A stretch of DNA of 64,000 bases from Monocercomonoides exilis PA203 (GCA_001643675.2 LSRY02000069.1:169227-233226); one strand, 5' to 3'; positions 12,933 to 26,465 are shown, counted from the first letter of the stretch. Program-made: numbers and translations. The notes: generated by a model not told the origin, from the letters alone.

Positions 12933-13080
12933 CTAGTTGTTGTGTATGCTCAGCTGGCACTCAATCGGAAGGGTGCTGGACATGACTGTTCGTATTAGAT
13001 ATTGCAGCCTTCGGGCTGCTTTATCCGGACCTGGATACGACGAACAGCCTCCCAGGTGCACAACAGTTAGAATCCGATTG
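12933..13080 (+). ncRNA. Putative structured RNA immediately 3' of the transposase stop codon (copy 1)
   Basis: 14-bp closing helix 12933-12946/13057-13070 (3 GU pairs). Stems 12954-12962/12971-12979 and 12986-12993/13040-13047. Hairpin gcagcc-UUCG-ggctgc at 13004-13019. Candidate pseudoknots 12963-12969/13073-13079 and 13029-13034/13052-13057. Near-identical in all three copies. Confidence 0.7.
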
Positions 13081-13669
13081 TTTTCTTGTGCTTTTTGTCC
13101 CTATAATGTCCCTATTTTCACTTGGTAATTGTCCCGAAATCTATATTTGTATATCTAAATAGAGATTCATTTTTTGATGGGTGTTGTGAAGAGTTTCAAT
13201 GATTTTTGAATTTGATTTTAGGAAAGGAGAATAGCTGAGAGTGTGAAGTGATGTTTCATCACTGTGTCTGCCTTTTTTCTCTGTTGAATTTGATCTTTTT
13301 GAGTTTGGACAAGAGAAATATCAGAAAGTGCAGAGTGAGAAAAAAACAAAAGATAAACATTCAAGTTTGTTTTTGGACTTAAAGAATTTGAAATCTTTTT
13401 TGCTTGGAATTGACTATGACACCATGTATTTGTTGTAATAGTTATGCTTTTTATTGAATCTTTTATTGTTCATGCAAATTGGTATAGAATTGACAATTGG
13501 GGAATGTTTTAATGATGATGTGGTAAAAATATTTTTTTTAGAAAGTGATGCAACAAGAAAAGAAACTTATTTGTTGTTTTCTATTTTCAAGATGATTAAT
13601 ACAATGAAGTGTTAATGTTATTTATGTGTTATTTTGTTTTATGATTGTTATCAAATTAGCAATGTATTT

Positions 13670-13697
13670 GGGTGATTTTTTTTGATATCATAAAAAA
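13670..13697 (+). repeat. Solo GGGTGATT terminus-like motif
   Basis: attt|gggtgattttttttgatatcataaaaaa is shared with 41144 and resembles the TIR of the 5283 MITE. Confidence 0.5.
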
Positions 13698-14357
13698 TTA
13701 CGAAGTTTGATCAAAATATTTTTTCATTAAGGGTGGGGTTGAAAAGAAAATATTTCAGAAAAAATTTGAAAAAAATATGCATTAATATATTATTATAATT
13801 ATTAATTTGTTGATTTTAATTTGATTTTAATTGTTTTTATTACAAAATTTGAAGAAAACATAAAAAATTAATTGAAAATATCGATAATTCAATAAACAGA
13901 ACGATTCAAATGTTCACTGGTATTTTAAACGTGAAAACAATAATAACAATATGAAATTAATCAATTTTTTATTTAAAAAACTTGTTTTATGATGTTAATG
14001 CAAAGTAATTTATAAATTGACTATGAAGATCTTGAAACATTTATAGAAAACGAATAATTTTCATTAACACATATTGAGAAATATGATGGAAGCACATAAT
14101 ATTTGTCGAATAAACAATTGTTCATTGTTAATAATTGTATTTAAATTAATAATTCTTTAAATTAGTTATTTAAATTAATTGATCAAAGCTATTGAAAAAA
14201 ATTACAAAAGAAACAATATGATATTTAAGAATTTCTCATTCAGACACTTTTTAATCTTCCACAGAACGAAAATCTTCACTTGAACTTTTTCTTTTTCCCC
14301 TCTCTCAATTCTTCATCATCTTCCTCATCTTTCATCCTTCATCCTGATACTACCTCC

Positions 14358-15865
14358 TCAGTTGCTCGGCTTTTGCAGGCTGCTCTTTTTATATGCAGAC
14401 TCCACAAACACCTTTTTCATATGCAACTGTGGAAGCGGTTGAAGTGCGTGTGTCTTATAACAACTGCGCCCTCTCCTTTTCATGTATATTGTGTCAGTTT
14501 CTGCATCCACTTCCTCTGAACTTAAATTCCTCTCAGTCTCGTTTTCTTTGATCACTGTCGCTGCCCTCGATGTTGTCAGCCCACCCACACTGGCCGGAAA
14601 GACTGTCTCGAGGTTGGCGGTCCAGACATTAGAAATGTCTTCGCTTTGGGCTTTGCCAACATCACCAGCATCGTGCTGTCATGCAGCGGGACAGTTCTAG
14701 CGGGAAAGCGGAGAGGAGATGTGCAGAAGACTGTGCTGCCTAGGCGTGAGTGTTCACCAGTTGCTCGCATTGATTTGCATCCTCATCCAGTGCATCATCA
14801 CTTGCTCAACAAACAGCGACTGCCTCTTTCTCGACTGCTCCCACAAAGCTGTCGCATCTGCCAACCCCATTTCCATCCTCGCTCTCCGCTGAGCCTTGAA
14901 TAACGCCTTTGCGGGCAAGTGCATCTTTCTCCAGTGCTGCAGCATCCAAGCCAAAACAACGAGTTCCTCTTTTCCCTTCGCTTTTTCCAACTCTCTCTCG
15001 TCACGGAAGCCTCCTTTTGCGACACCAACTCCTCCCGTCCCGGCCTCAACTTCGATGCCGGTCACGATCTCATCCTCTTCTTCTTCTACTGCGCCCAACA
15101 GATATTCGTCGATAAAGCCACCAGATCATCCGCTTGCCCTTTAATCCTCTGAATCGATAACACTCGTCAATATCTTTTGGATCTCCTCCTTCTCTTTCGA
15201 AGCCCATATCCCTCTTGCCAAAATCCGATTCTGGTTTATCTCCAGAAGTCTTGATCATGTTCATTTGAACACCATCAGTTGGCTTCCGTTGTGTTTCTCA
15301 ATGACTGCATCATCCTTTAAGCCACCTCTCCTTCAAATGTTCCTTCGCATCCTCCCTTTTTTCTCCTTCCAACCAACGTGCCTGCATCAACTCCAAGCTT
15401 CTTTGTGCATGCAAAAACACCACTCACCTCTCCAACGCACCTGTTCGTCCCTTTCGCCTCTTTCCTTATGCTTCTTGTACTCTCACTGCTTTCTCCCTTA
15501 ATCTCTTCCACATCAACCTCTCAGTTCTCAAAGTTGCTTCAACTTTGCTTATGCTTGACGATGAATCAATAAGCATCTTTGAACATCTTTTAATAACAGT
15601 CCTCGCCATTGTTAGCAAAAGCATAGTTTTTCTTTATCTTTCTGGAATATAAATGTCAGAAATCTCCTTCATCATGATGCGCTTTATCTTTACTATCATT
15701 TTTCTCGGCTAGCTCTGTCGAAGCATGCTCGAAGGCCACTTTCAACTCACCAACAACAGCCTCTCCATCCTGAATTACCCCTCCACCTTCCACAACAGCA
15801 ACTGCTTTAACTTTTGTGTACTCCTCATTGCCTAACCCTGGAAAGGCTCCTGAATGCTCTTTCAT
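14358..15865 (-). pseudogene. Fragmented hypothetical protein gene
   Basis: Several short minus-strand ORFs with coding-like composition. No domain recognised. Confidence 0.3.
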
Positions 15866-16263
15866 TTACTCACATAGAAACGAAACGGTGGATATTCTTT
15901 CCTCTGCTTCGCCAATCAATTCCCTTTCATGATGATTGTTGCAATGCTCCAAAGAGCATATGAAAAAGAAGAAACGGACGGAATGGTTCTGACATTCAAC
16001 GAACTCTTCTTGCTTCATTGTCGCGTACTGTTACTGTTCGTCGACGTCTTCTCTTCAAACTTCTCTCCATTTCTTTTTAACTTTAACATTTATCAATAAC
16101 TTCATTTTTTTCTTTCAAATTTCCAACCATCATTTATTGACAAATCAAATTCTTCTTCTCTTTATCTTCATTCTCTTCATTCACTTATCATCTTCTTTTC
16201 ATTTTTTTTAAAGAAGTTGATTTCTTCATAAATTCCATTCTTTTTAATTTCTGCTATTATCCA

Positions 16264-19042
16264 TTATGAAGATGCAAAAAATGAAGAAATACGATTAGGA
16301 AAAGAAGAAAAAGTGATCGTAGTAGTAGAAGTGAAATGGAAAGAGGAAGAGGAAGAAGAGGAAGAAGAGGAAGAAGAGGAAGAAGAGGAAGAATAGGAAG
16401 AAGAGGAAGAAGGAGAAGTAGAAGAAGAAGAAGAAGAAATAGCCTCATCAATCGAAAGCGGAAGCGAAGAAAACGGAACTCTTAAAGCCAGGCTCACAAA
16501 ACGATCATGAATGAAGAAAGAAGAAGAAGAAGAAGAAGAAGAAGAAGAAGAAGAAGAAGAAGAAAGAGAGGAAGAAGAAGAAGAAGAAGAAGAAGAAGAA
16601 GAAGAAGAAAGAGAGGAAGAAGAAGAAGAAGAAGAAGAAGAAGAAGAAGAAGAAGAAGAAGAAGAAGCGTAGAAAAAGAAATATCCAAGAAGGAGAAAGA
16701 AGGAGAAGAAGGAGAAGAAGGTGAAGAAGAAGGTGAAGAAGAAGAAAAGGAAGAAGAAGAAGAATAAATTGAAGAAGAAGAAGAAGAAGAAGAAGCAGAG
16801 AATGAGGCATTGAGTGTGCCAGTAGCAGCTGAGGCTGTTGAGAAAGCATCGACTGAACGGCTAGCTGTCTGCACACTCCGACGAGAATTCCGCGATGCGG
16901 CAGTGATCGCTCTTCTTACCTCTCTTCTTTCTCCTCTTCTGCTTTGTCTGCTGATATTCTCAACTTCTTCTTCTTCTAAACTTCTTTCTCTTTCTCCCTC
17001 ATTTTCAATTTCAATATCGTCTCTTTCTTCTCTTTCGTTTGAACTTCCTTCGTCATTATCGTTGTCATTATCTTCTTCATTCTCTTCATTTTCAGCTTCT
17101 TCTGAATCCAGCGGTGTTATATGCTTTCTATTTAAGCTGCTTTTGATGTCTGCAGGAATTAGTTCTGGAGGGGTTGGGGAAGCGATCTGGGCGATGAAGG
17201 GATTATTTTCTGAAGTTGCATTGTTTTGAGCAAAATTCGAAGGAGATAGCGGACTTGGGCTGAATACGTGCTTTCTATCTGAATCTATGGAAGTTTCTCT
17301 TATATCACCTTCTTTATTATTATCATCCACTTCTTTGTTACTTCCTTCTTCTTTTCCTTCCTCTTTCCTCTTCTTCGCATACGCCTCCCCTCCCATTCTT
17401 GTCATCTTCAGCACGATCCCAAAGATATCCATCTCCACCAGCTGCTTTCTAAAAGCCCCGCTAATCTCGCACACAACCACCACAAAACTCAGCACATTCG
17501 CCAAGTTAATTCCCTCCATCGTCTCCAGCAGCTGCGGAACAACAGAAGAGAGCAAGATATGTGTGGAAGGCCAGGAGGGGAAACTGATTCTGATAGAAGA
17601 CAAAGAATGTGCTATGCGTCTGTCTTGCTTGGCAAAGTGGGTTAAGGCGCGGGAGGCGTAGACGAGAGGAGGAGTTGGGCAGAGGCGGAGGTAGGCGTTG
17701 GGGCTGGTGGAGGAGAGGGAAGAGAGAGAGGTGAGGGAAGGGAACTTGGTGAAAAAGAGGGATATGAGAAGGCGGATGAAGCAGGTGCCGGAGTCGAAGG
17801 GAAGTTTTTGGTCGGAAGAGGAATATGAAGAGGGAGAGTAAAAGGGAGAGGAAGAAGAAGAATACATTGCTTCCGTCGCATTTGCTGCTGATGCGATTCT
17901 TCCACTTCCACTTCCACCCCCACCAGGAGAAGAAGCCGGAGAAAAGAAAATCGACGCTTTTTCCTCCGGTTTCTGGTACAGCTGCAGCGCAATCCTGTCT
18001 TCCATCACGTCCTCTGCCCCAAAGCCCAGTTCAGCAAAGGCCGAAATGCAAGCGACAGCCAAAGAGACTGTGCGTGGTGTGTGCGTGAGCGGGTTGATCA
18101 GCTTCAGCATCGACTCGAACGTGAACGAGTACATCTTCACTGCCAGCATTTCGCAGGGGCAGCCAAACCGCACTCCATTATATTCCCTCCTTCTTGTGAT
18201 TGAAGTGATAGCGCTGTCAGCGTCAGGCCGGTTGTGTCTCGTGCCCAGCATCACCACGAAGAACTGCAGGGCGCCAAAAATAAGCTCATCTGGAACTGAT
18301 CTCAGCCCTGCAGACGCCCACTCGATGGCTCTGAGGGAATCCAGCGACAGACGCTCGCTTTCTCCCCTCTTCGCTGCCTCCAACAGGATCTGCAGGACGG
18401 TTGTCTGAAGAGCTGTGTTTGGGATACCAATAAAAGGAGCATGCGAGGCATTGCAACTGAAATGTGCTCAAAGCTGACAGCAGACGATGCAAACAGCGCG
18501 ACATGCGAGGCGGAGAGGGAGCGGTCGACCTCGCAGTACCTCTTCATCTGCTCTGCATTCAGTAGCTCAGGAAAGATCGGGTTCCACAAGTCGAAGTACT
18601 TTGAGGGCGGGTGAGTTTCAGCCAGGCGGTTGAGGGCGAGCAAAGCAGCGTGCTGGACGGTGGGGGAACTGATGCGCAGGCATTCTTTTGCCCATTTGGC
18701 TCCTGTGATGTCAGGGTCGTCGATGCTGTCGCCGCCGCTGAAGAAAGAGGCGAGGACGTCTGTGGTAGCAGAGCTGAGGTGGCTGTTGCTGTTCCCACAG
18801 AATGTGCAGATGAGGAAGAGGCAGCTGCGCACGTGGAGGGTCACAAACTGTTTTAATCTTTCTCTTTCTGACAGGATCATCTTTCGCACACGCACGGGGG
18901 AGGCGGCGGGGGAAATAGAGAGGAGACAGAAGGCGCAGGAAACGAGTGAATTTGAGTGCCTGGTGTGAGAAGAGAAGATGGCGACACAATAAAAAGTGCA
19001 GAACACCCAAGTGAATAGGATAAGTTGGAGTGATAAATCCAC
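16264..19042 (-). CDS. Hypothetical helical (ARM/HEAT-like) protein with Ser-rich and acidic tracts, frameshifted
   Basis: Overlapping ORFs 18302-19042 and 16494-18383 contain amphipathic helical segments (e.g. FRKQLVEMDIFGIVLKM). The 3' end runs into a (TTC)n tract. Confidence 0.45.
16512..16667. repeat. (GAA)n microsatellite with interruptions
   Basis: Directly visible. Encodes poly-Ser on the minus strand. Confidence 0.95.
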
Positions 19043-19255
19043 CTTCGCTCTGCGTCTGAGAGACGGGAATCAAGTTCGTTCAATGCCAGACGCTGCAGAA
19101 GAGCTGCTTCTGAGTCTTCGGCTGTGCCAAATTCTTTCATTGAATCACCTTCTATTTAAAGGAGAAGAAGAAGAAGATGATGATGATAAAGGTGTTATTT
19201 CTGTTATTGAAGAAGGAGGAGGAGGAGGAGGTGAAGAAGAAGAAGAAGAAGAAGA

Positions 19256-22200
19256 TTATGAATTAGATTGTAGCTGTGAGATAAGCAGAGCAAGTAGGAC
19301 AGTTGCAGGTGTAGTTGATAGAGCATCCTTTAACAAATGAGAAAGAATTCGAGAAAGTTGACTTCTCATCGTCGAATTCTTAGGAATTGTTCCTGATGGA
19401 TGGGAGAAAAGAAAAAGAAGGAGATGTTCGTTTTCCACTCTGAAGTGGATGAGAATGAGTCGAAGGAAAAGGGAGGGAAACTGAGGATGGAGAATTTATT
19501 GATGTGAATGACGGAGAAGAGGGAGAAGGAGAAGGAGATTGCGAAAGCAAAAAGAGAGGAAACTGAGAGGAGGTTACGCTTGTCTGAAGCTGATGTGGAA
19601 GAATTGCTGAGAATTGGCCAATCTTCATCCAACAGGGAAGTTCTCCTCTTCTTTCACTTGCTGTTCTTTATGCATTTATCGCATGCCAACAGAAGTTGTA
19701 TTAGCTTCATCAGCAGCAGAATTTGAAGATCCACTCAGGTCCAGTGCATCTGTTGTTATATTCGATGCCAATGAAGTTGACTGAGGCTCAGATGTTTGCT
19801 GAGAAGATGCAAAAGAGGAAGGTGTGACTTGTTGTGTGAATGAAGCACCAACGGCCTTTAACCGCTGAATGAGAAAGGAAGAAATAGACATCGAAGGAGA
19901 AGAGGATGGTTTCTGGTCATAGTGTGTCTCGAATAAAGCTGATATTTTGTGAGGCAAGTCCTTCTTCACCATTAGCAAAAGAGTGGCGGTGACAATAGCG
20001 GTGAGTGCAGTGCGTGGTGCTAGCAGACGAAGCAGCAGGCGATTGGATGATGCAGCAGAAGGGCAGAGTGGCTGTGCGGAGAATGAGACGATGGCAGGTA
20101 TTGTACTGTAAAAATGGCATGGACTGAGAAATGGAAATAGAAGCGACACAGGAGGTGAATAAAGAAGGGATGGAGTACACGGAAGATGAAGTGAAAGATA
20201 CTGAAAGCATCTTTGAAAGCAGAGTACGGATAATTGAAGTTAGAGGATAAGAAAGCGTGAGAGGGTACACGTAGACAAGAGGCACCCATGAAGACTTGAG
20301 AGAAAAAGTCAGAATCGAATGCTTCTCTTTTTTCTGTGGATGTTCAATGAGCAGCGGAGCAACACGAAATGTCTAATTTATCAATTCGAACAGAGTTTCT
20401 CCGATGGATGGGACATATGCTGTTCTTTGAGGAGGAACTGAAATTGTATTTTCTGAGGCAGACAGCAGAAGTTGTTGGTCTTCGAAAAAGACAGACGAAG
20501 CAAACAAAAGCGGGTCAAGCAGAATATTCGCATTGATTGCATATGACTCTCTTTCCACTGCATACAAAGAGAAATTATTTTCATCATTCTTCCTATTGAT
20601 CTTTTTATGCACTTCAAACTCGTTGCTGTAGATTCACCTCTCTTCGCAGAACAGCTCAGCTGTGTCTCTCGCCTCGTACACTCCTTCCACAGCTGCCCTT
20701 CCTTCTCCTCTCCACAAACTCATCTACTTTCTCATGTTCTCCACCAGTTGCATATCTCTCACAGTATCTTCTCCTCCCAAGCTGAACAGCCTCGTTCCAC
20801 ACAACAGGCTCAGAAACGAGTTCGCATCATTTGCCAATATTCCCTTTGTTGTCCCGGCATGCGAAGAAGGAATGGTTGTTTGCTTTGGAAGCTGAGGTGA
20901 CCAAAACTGGTTGAAAAGATGGAAGAGTGCCTTTCCGAGAGAGTGAAGCAAAGAAGCGCCTTCTTTCTGCCCAATCTGTTCATCAACCTCACAAACAGCT
21001 TCTTCGGCCCAGTCTTCTGTTTGTTTTTCTCCCCAAACACAGAATTGTACCCAAGGTCATCTACTCCTCCTCCTCTATCTTCTCCATTTGCATTGGCATG
21101 CAGTCTAACAAGACACACTTGCAAAAGAAGAAGCTATCGCAAACCCGTTTTCCGCAGCTGCTCTGAGATGTGCCTGCAATTCTCTGCCGAGTGCTGCTCT
21201 GATGGCAGACAGGACAAGATGTCTTCGTGACACAGAAACAGCCGCCAAGCTGTGGTTGATGTGTCTTCTGTGCGGGCTCTGCAGCGCTTCTCTGCTGCCG
21301 TCTGAGCCAATTGTGTTCTTGTATTCTTCTTTCTCTCCATTTTCCTTTGTGGACTTGGGTGAAGGAAAGGTAAACTGCAGAGGGGTCGAACTGAGCTCTC
21401 CGCTGGCGATGGTTGAGGTGTGTAAGAAAGTGACATGCGACTTCTTCTGATTGCTCTTTTGGGATTCCGATGAAAGCATCTTTCGCTGCTTGGGAGTGAA
21501 GCGCAGGGCAGGGCGTGAAGTTAAGTCTTCTTTTCTTTCTGTTGTCTTTTATGTTTCATCGGCATTTGATGTTTCAGCAGATCGTGTTATATCCAAACTG
21601 TCTTCATCACCGCTAACGTCACTATCATCGCTATCGTCGTTGTCATCATCTTCACTGTCTTCTTCTGCTTCTTCAGTGTCTGTTGTACCTGCTCCGTTCA
21701 CTCACTCTTTCCTCTCTTCATTTCGAATCAAATAGTTCATGTTCTTCCCTTTCCCTCTCGGCAAGAACTTTCTTTTTTGCTTCTTTGCCTTGCTTTCCTC
21801 TTCCTGAACGAGATTTGCATAAAGTCTAATATCGGTTGGATTGATTGTTGGAATGATCCTTCCATGTATCTGCTTCAGTGTGTTCTTCATCAATTTCGTA
21901 AGTGAATCTCTTTTCTCCCTGTCCTTCATCTCAGTTGTTATAAATGTTGCTTCGATTGAGCTGTTTTCTCTTATTTTTGCTGAGTTGAATGTGGAAGAGG
22001 TGCCATATTCAAAAACAAATCTGATCTTTTTCGGTGTCTGCCGATTTGCCCGTGTGCTTGTCATGGATATCTTTGCACTAAGAATCCTGTCTAACTCCAC
22101 GTCTTCTTCTTCTTCTTCCTCCTCCTTATCATCCACTTCCTCGTCATAGCCATTCCACTCAATGTCACTTCTGCTTCTTCCACTTGTCTTACGAGTGTCA

Positions 22201-23613
22201 GATTCAAAAGAGTCAAATGTGATGCTGCCATCTGCCACACAAAGCAGCTCCAACTTTTTCGAAAGAAGCTCACTTAGGACAGCTTATGAACCCATCATCG
22301 GACTTGTCTTTGATTGGAATGCTTTTCCTTTCGCTTTTTTTTCCCTTTCACTCCCGCTTTCCCTCTGCACTTTGCTCCTCTTTGCCTTCAAAACTCCTAT
22401 TCATCTGAAGGAAGCTCATCAAACACAGAAATAATTCTTTCCTTATCTTTCTCCTTTCTCCTTTTCCCCTTCTCATCTTTTTTCACTTTCTTTTTGTTTC
22501 CAAGCTTCCTCTTACTCTCCAATGCCGCAGCAGTTGACTCCAAACGCCTCGTATTCTGCGCTGTTGCATTTGCATTTGCACATCCTTCACTCTTCTGAAC
22601 CTGTTGACTCAGCCCCATCGCAGTCATCATCTTCTTCCTCCGCATCTTCGGTGGTCTTCCTCTTGGAATAGCCAGCAGCACTTGCCACATCCCCACACGT
22701 AATAGCTTCTTCTTCTTGCTGTTATTATTATTATTGATGTTATTTCCACTTCCTCCCATCTTATTTGTCAGCCCTAGCACTTCTGATTTGAACTCTGGTG
22801 GAGCAATTCTTGAGTTTGTGTATGTCTTCATACGAACTGTCCGCTTGAAGGCAGCAAGCGCTTTTCTGCCTCTGCTTCGTTTGAGTGCTCTTCCGAATGC
22901 AGTTGATGGCATGCTCAGCAGTGAAACAGAAGAAGAAAAGGATAAAGAATTCTTGGCTTGAGCATTTGATATAGGGAAAGAGGCAGCTGGTAAGCCAGCA
23001 TTTAACGATGCAGAGGTGGAAGAAGAAGCAGCAGAAGCAGAAGTTGGATTATTCTGTAGCAAATTTGCAGCTTTGAGCAACTTCGATGTGCGTGTTGTTG
23101 TTCTTGCCCTGCGCGAAAGTTTGATTTGAGGTTAGAATTTATTCGGCGCGTGTGTCGAGGCAGCTGTTCTGACTGATTTTCCAGTAGATTCTATTTTGAT
23201 TGCCACAGAAGAAGAGGAAGAAGACAGAAGATTGAGTAAATTTGAGCTTCCTTCTTCCACTTTTGTGTTGGTTAGCTGTTCTTCACTGGCTTTGTTTAGA
23301 TCATTAAGCGAGTTGTTTCCATAGTTATTTTCATTCCTATTTTTATTTCCCTCTTTCTTCTCTTGCCTTTCTCGCTGTCAGAATGGATAAAACTAAATAA
23401 CTGGCATTACATTAACAATAAACAGCTCTCCAAAAAGGCGAACATAAATTCAAGCATTTCATGATGCAAATGAAGTCTGCTTCCTTTCTCATCCTCATTC
23501 CCATCACCATTCTCGTATTCAGATTCAGATTCAGAGAGAATCTCCTCTGTTCTTCGCATTCCTCTGTTTCTTCTCATTTCTTTGCCACTAAAACACCTAG
23601 CAGCAAGGCGCAT
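19256..23613 (-). pseudogene. Large fragmented low-complexity hypothetical gene(s)
   Basis: Run of minus-strand ORFs (22397-23080, 21702-22253, 21105-21479, 19676-20149 and others) separated by stops or frameshifts. May be the 5' part of the 16264-19042 gene. Confidence 0.35.
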
Positions 23614-23945
23614 TCTTCAAGTGAAAAGAGATGTGAAATAAAAAAACTTCCCTTCTTTCCAAGCATTACAAAAAGAGCAGAAGATTAAAGATTTCAAAAA
23701 ATATTTAATAAAGTTAATTTAAAATAAAATGCCTTTTAGGACAAATTGCATTAAACCTGTTTCAACACATTTAGAAACGTGAAACAGCAGAATCAAATTC
23801 CGGCTTCAATTGGGGAAGAGCGAAAAAAATGTCGAGTGAGAAAATAGAAAGAAATATTCAAAATATATAATAGAATCATTGGCAAGTTGTACAAAAAACG
23901 AAAATAAAGAATCAAAACAAAATTTCAAACCTTTTTCTTCATTGA

Positions 23946-24110
23946 AATCCCATTTCAAATTTCATTTTTATTGTTGATCAGGAATTTGCAGAAATGCTTT
24001 TTTGATATATCAAGATAATTCCTATATAATGTTGAAGTGTTTCATAAGGTTAATAACGATTTCTGCAAATTCCCAAGTAATGAAAATTTTTTTATGATCA
24101 TTGAGATCTT
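23946..24110. repeat. Left arm of an imperfect inverted repeat pairing with 33415-33578; contains internal IR GGAATTTGCAGAAA...TTTCTGCAAATTCC
   Basis: cccatttcaaatt...gttgatcaggaatttgcagaa and aacgatttctgcaaattccc...tgatcattgagatc match the reverse complement of 33415-33578. Confidence 0.7.
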
Positions 24111-26465
24111 TTGTGAAACAGTTAATTGTTTGTTGATCAATTAGCTAAAATTCATTTCTTTCAAATAAATACTAACCCTGGGTGACGTACTGACTTCTGA
24201 CGTGAAGTTTTCGATTTTTGACGGACGTGACAAAAATTTCCACGTCACAAAGCAAAACCAACATTATTGTTTTATTGTTTCATAAAAATAAATATTTCTA
24301 AAATAATTTTTTTTGAAAATACTAGATATTTTACGGAGAGTGTGATTCTTTCTGAAAAAATGAACAAATTACGAAAAAGTTTCAGTTGTTACGAATAAGA
24401 AGCACTTGTTACAAGAATAACTCACAATATCTGTCAAAGTCTAATTCTTATAATGGAAACCATTGTTGCATTGAGAAATCAAGATGTTTCGGGAGATTTT
24501 TTGATTTTCAAAAAAATAACAAAAGAACATTCACACATTAACAAAAAACGATTGGGAAAATATATTAATATTTGATAGTTTCTTATTTGAACAAACGAGA
24601 TTTTTATAGGAATATCATGGAGAATGAATGTTCACAACATTATAAACAAACATAATCCATGAAATAATGAAAAGGCTTCGCTGACTGAGTGATTTGAAAG
24701 TTTTTTTCATTAACCCACAACAATTTCATTTTATTGATTACCAAAAAATACAATGTTATTCCGAGAAAGACAGACCTGTTACGGGTTTTTCATTGTTTAT
24801 CAGTAAAAAAATTTTATTAATCGAAGGAATGAGTAATTGGAGGAACAACATAGAGGTTTCAATTAATAGCTTTTGTTATTCGTAATAACTTGTTTGTATT
24901 TAGTAAATATTATTATTTACGAAACAATTCATAGTTATCGTAAAATATCTACTGAAAATCATATTTTCCATTATAATTTTTTTTTAACTGACGTGTAAGC
25001 GGTGATCGGATTTTTGGAACGTTACTGAAGTCAATGACGTCATTGACTTCACTTCCTGTCAGCTATTCGAAAAAGTCGAAAGAATGAGCAAAAGAACAAA
25101 AAAAACCACACATATCAAAAGAAAGTTTTTGATTTCATTTTTCTGAAAAAACAACCATTAATTTTCTAATAATTTTTGATAATTCAACAATTTTGATGAA
25201 AGAAGCCATGACAAATTTGAAAAATCAACAAAACAATGCTATGTGTTGTTTTTTTTCCAATTTTGCAAACATTGGAATAAAAATATTGACATGGTTTGAA
25301 TTGTTCATCAATTTTTTCAATATTTTATAATCTTATTTGAACTAATTCATTTTCATAATGTTTTTCAATCATGTTCGGCGTATGCATATCATTCAATAAT
25401 ATCAATAGAAAATTATGATCTATTTCAAATTACCCTAAAAAACAACAGATGAATGTATTTCATCAAAGGATTCATGTTCTATTCACATATTATAATAAGA
25501 TGATAACATATTCTCCTTTGATAATTTGCAAAACATCACCAACATCTGAACTATAAGTTGTTAGAACTGACACATGCAATAACTCGGATTGATCAAAATT
25601 GTTGTTTGCAAAACATAAATTTGATGATTTGTATAAGATTAAGAATTTTCACAAGGAACAAATCTTCTCATTTTAATTTCAAACATTTGGTATATTTAGT
25701 ATTTATCTTTCAGACATATAGAAATTCATTTCCTTATCATCAAAGATATTTATCTCTTCGTTTTAAAAAACAGGTTTTTTTTTATTCGAATTCTTTCATA
25801 ACTTCTATTCATCAGCTTTTATTTCTTGCGATCAGGTTTTATCCAATGCCAATAACTCTCTTCTGAAGTTGTTTGAAATTTCTGTTATTGAAGCGAAATT
25901 AATGAGGTGGTGAGATAAGCTTTTTCAAAAGAAAGAAATGGAGAAGATACAGCTTAGAATAACGGGAGAACGAGATGATATCCTTATTTTTATGAAATAT
26001 ATATACAGATAAGTTGTTGAAAAAAGATTTTCGCAGAAGAAAATCAGAAAATGGAAACATTTAAAGGAATTGTCTATATTTCTCGATTCACTTCTTTTTG
26101 AAAAAGCAAATTTTAACCAAAACAGCATAGAAAAAGGCTCAAAAAGATTCTTTGTATTCAATTTTGTGAAATTAAAATGAGTTCGAGTTAAAAATGAAAA
26201 ATTTCTCTGTTCATCACTCATTCATAAAATCGAAGTTAAATATAAACTGAAAATCAAATCTATCAAAATTTTATTTGCAAATAATCAAGAATTTCATAAA
26301 ACAAAATGATAACATATTTGTGTTTTTTCCTTCCTTATTTATAAATATTTCCATTTTGCTTTTTCCATTTCATTATCTGTATTTTCATCCAATCTTCAAA
26401 AAAGTTCCAAAAAGAAACACACACAATTCAATTCTTTCACTTGCCATTTCATTATTCAGTGTTAA

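Noticed and set aside
12933-13080. Hammerhead or HDV-like ribozyme, or tRNA
   Set aside because: No CUGANGA/GAAA core, no clear HDV P1/P1.1/J4-2 arrangement and no cloverleaf by eye. A covariance search is still needed.
12937-13128. Conserved small ORF MLCMLSWHSIGRVLDMTVRIRYCSL... in all three copies
   Set aside because: It overlaps the structured segment, starts at a non-ATG codon in the track, has different C-termini, and copy 3 has a 1-nt insertion near its start. RNA structure explains the conservation better.
16505-16876. Poly-Phe, poly-Arg, poly-Lys and poly-Met ORFs (also 2778-3467, 30279-30467, 60689-61151)
   Set aside because: Alternative-frame or antisense readings of microsatellites that encode poly-Ser.
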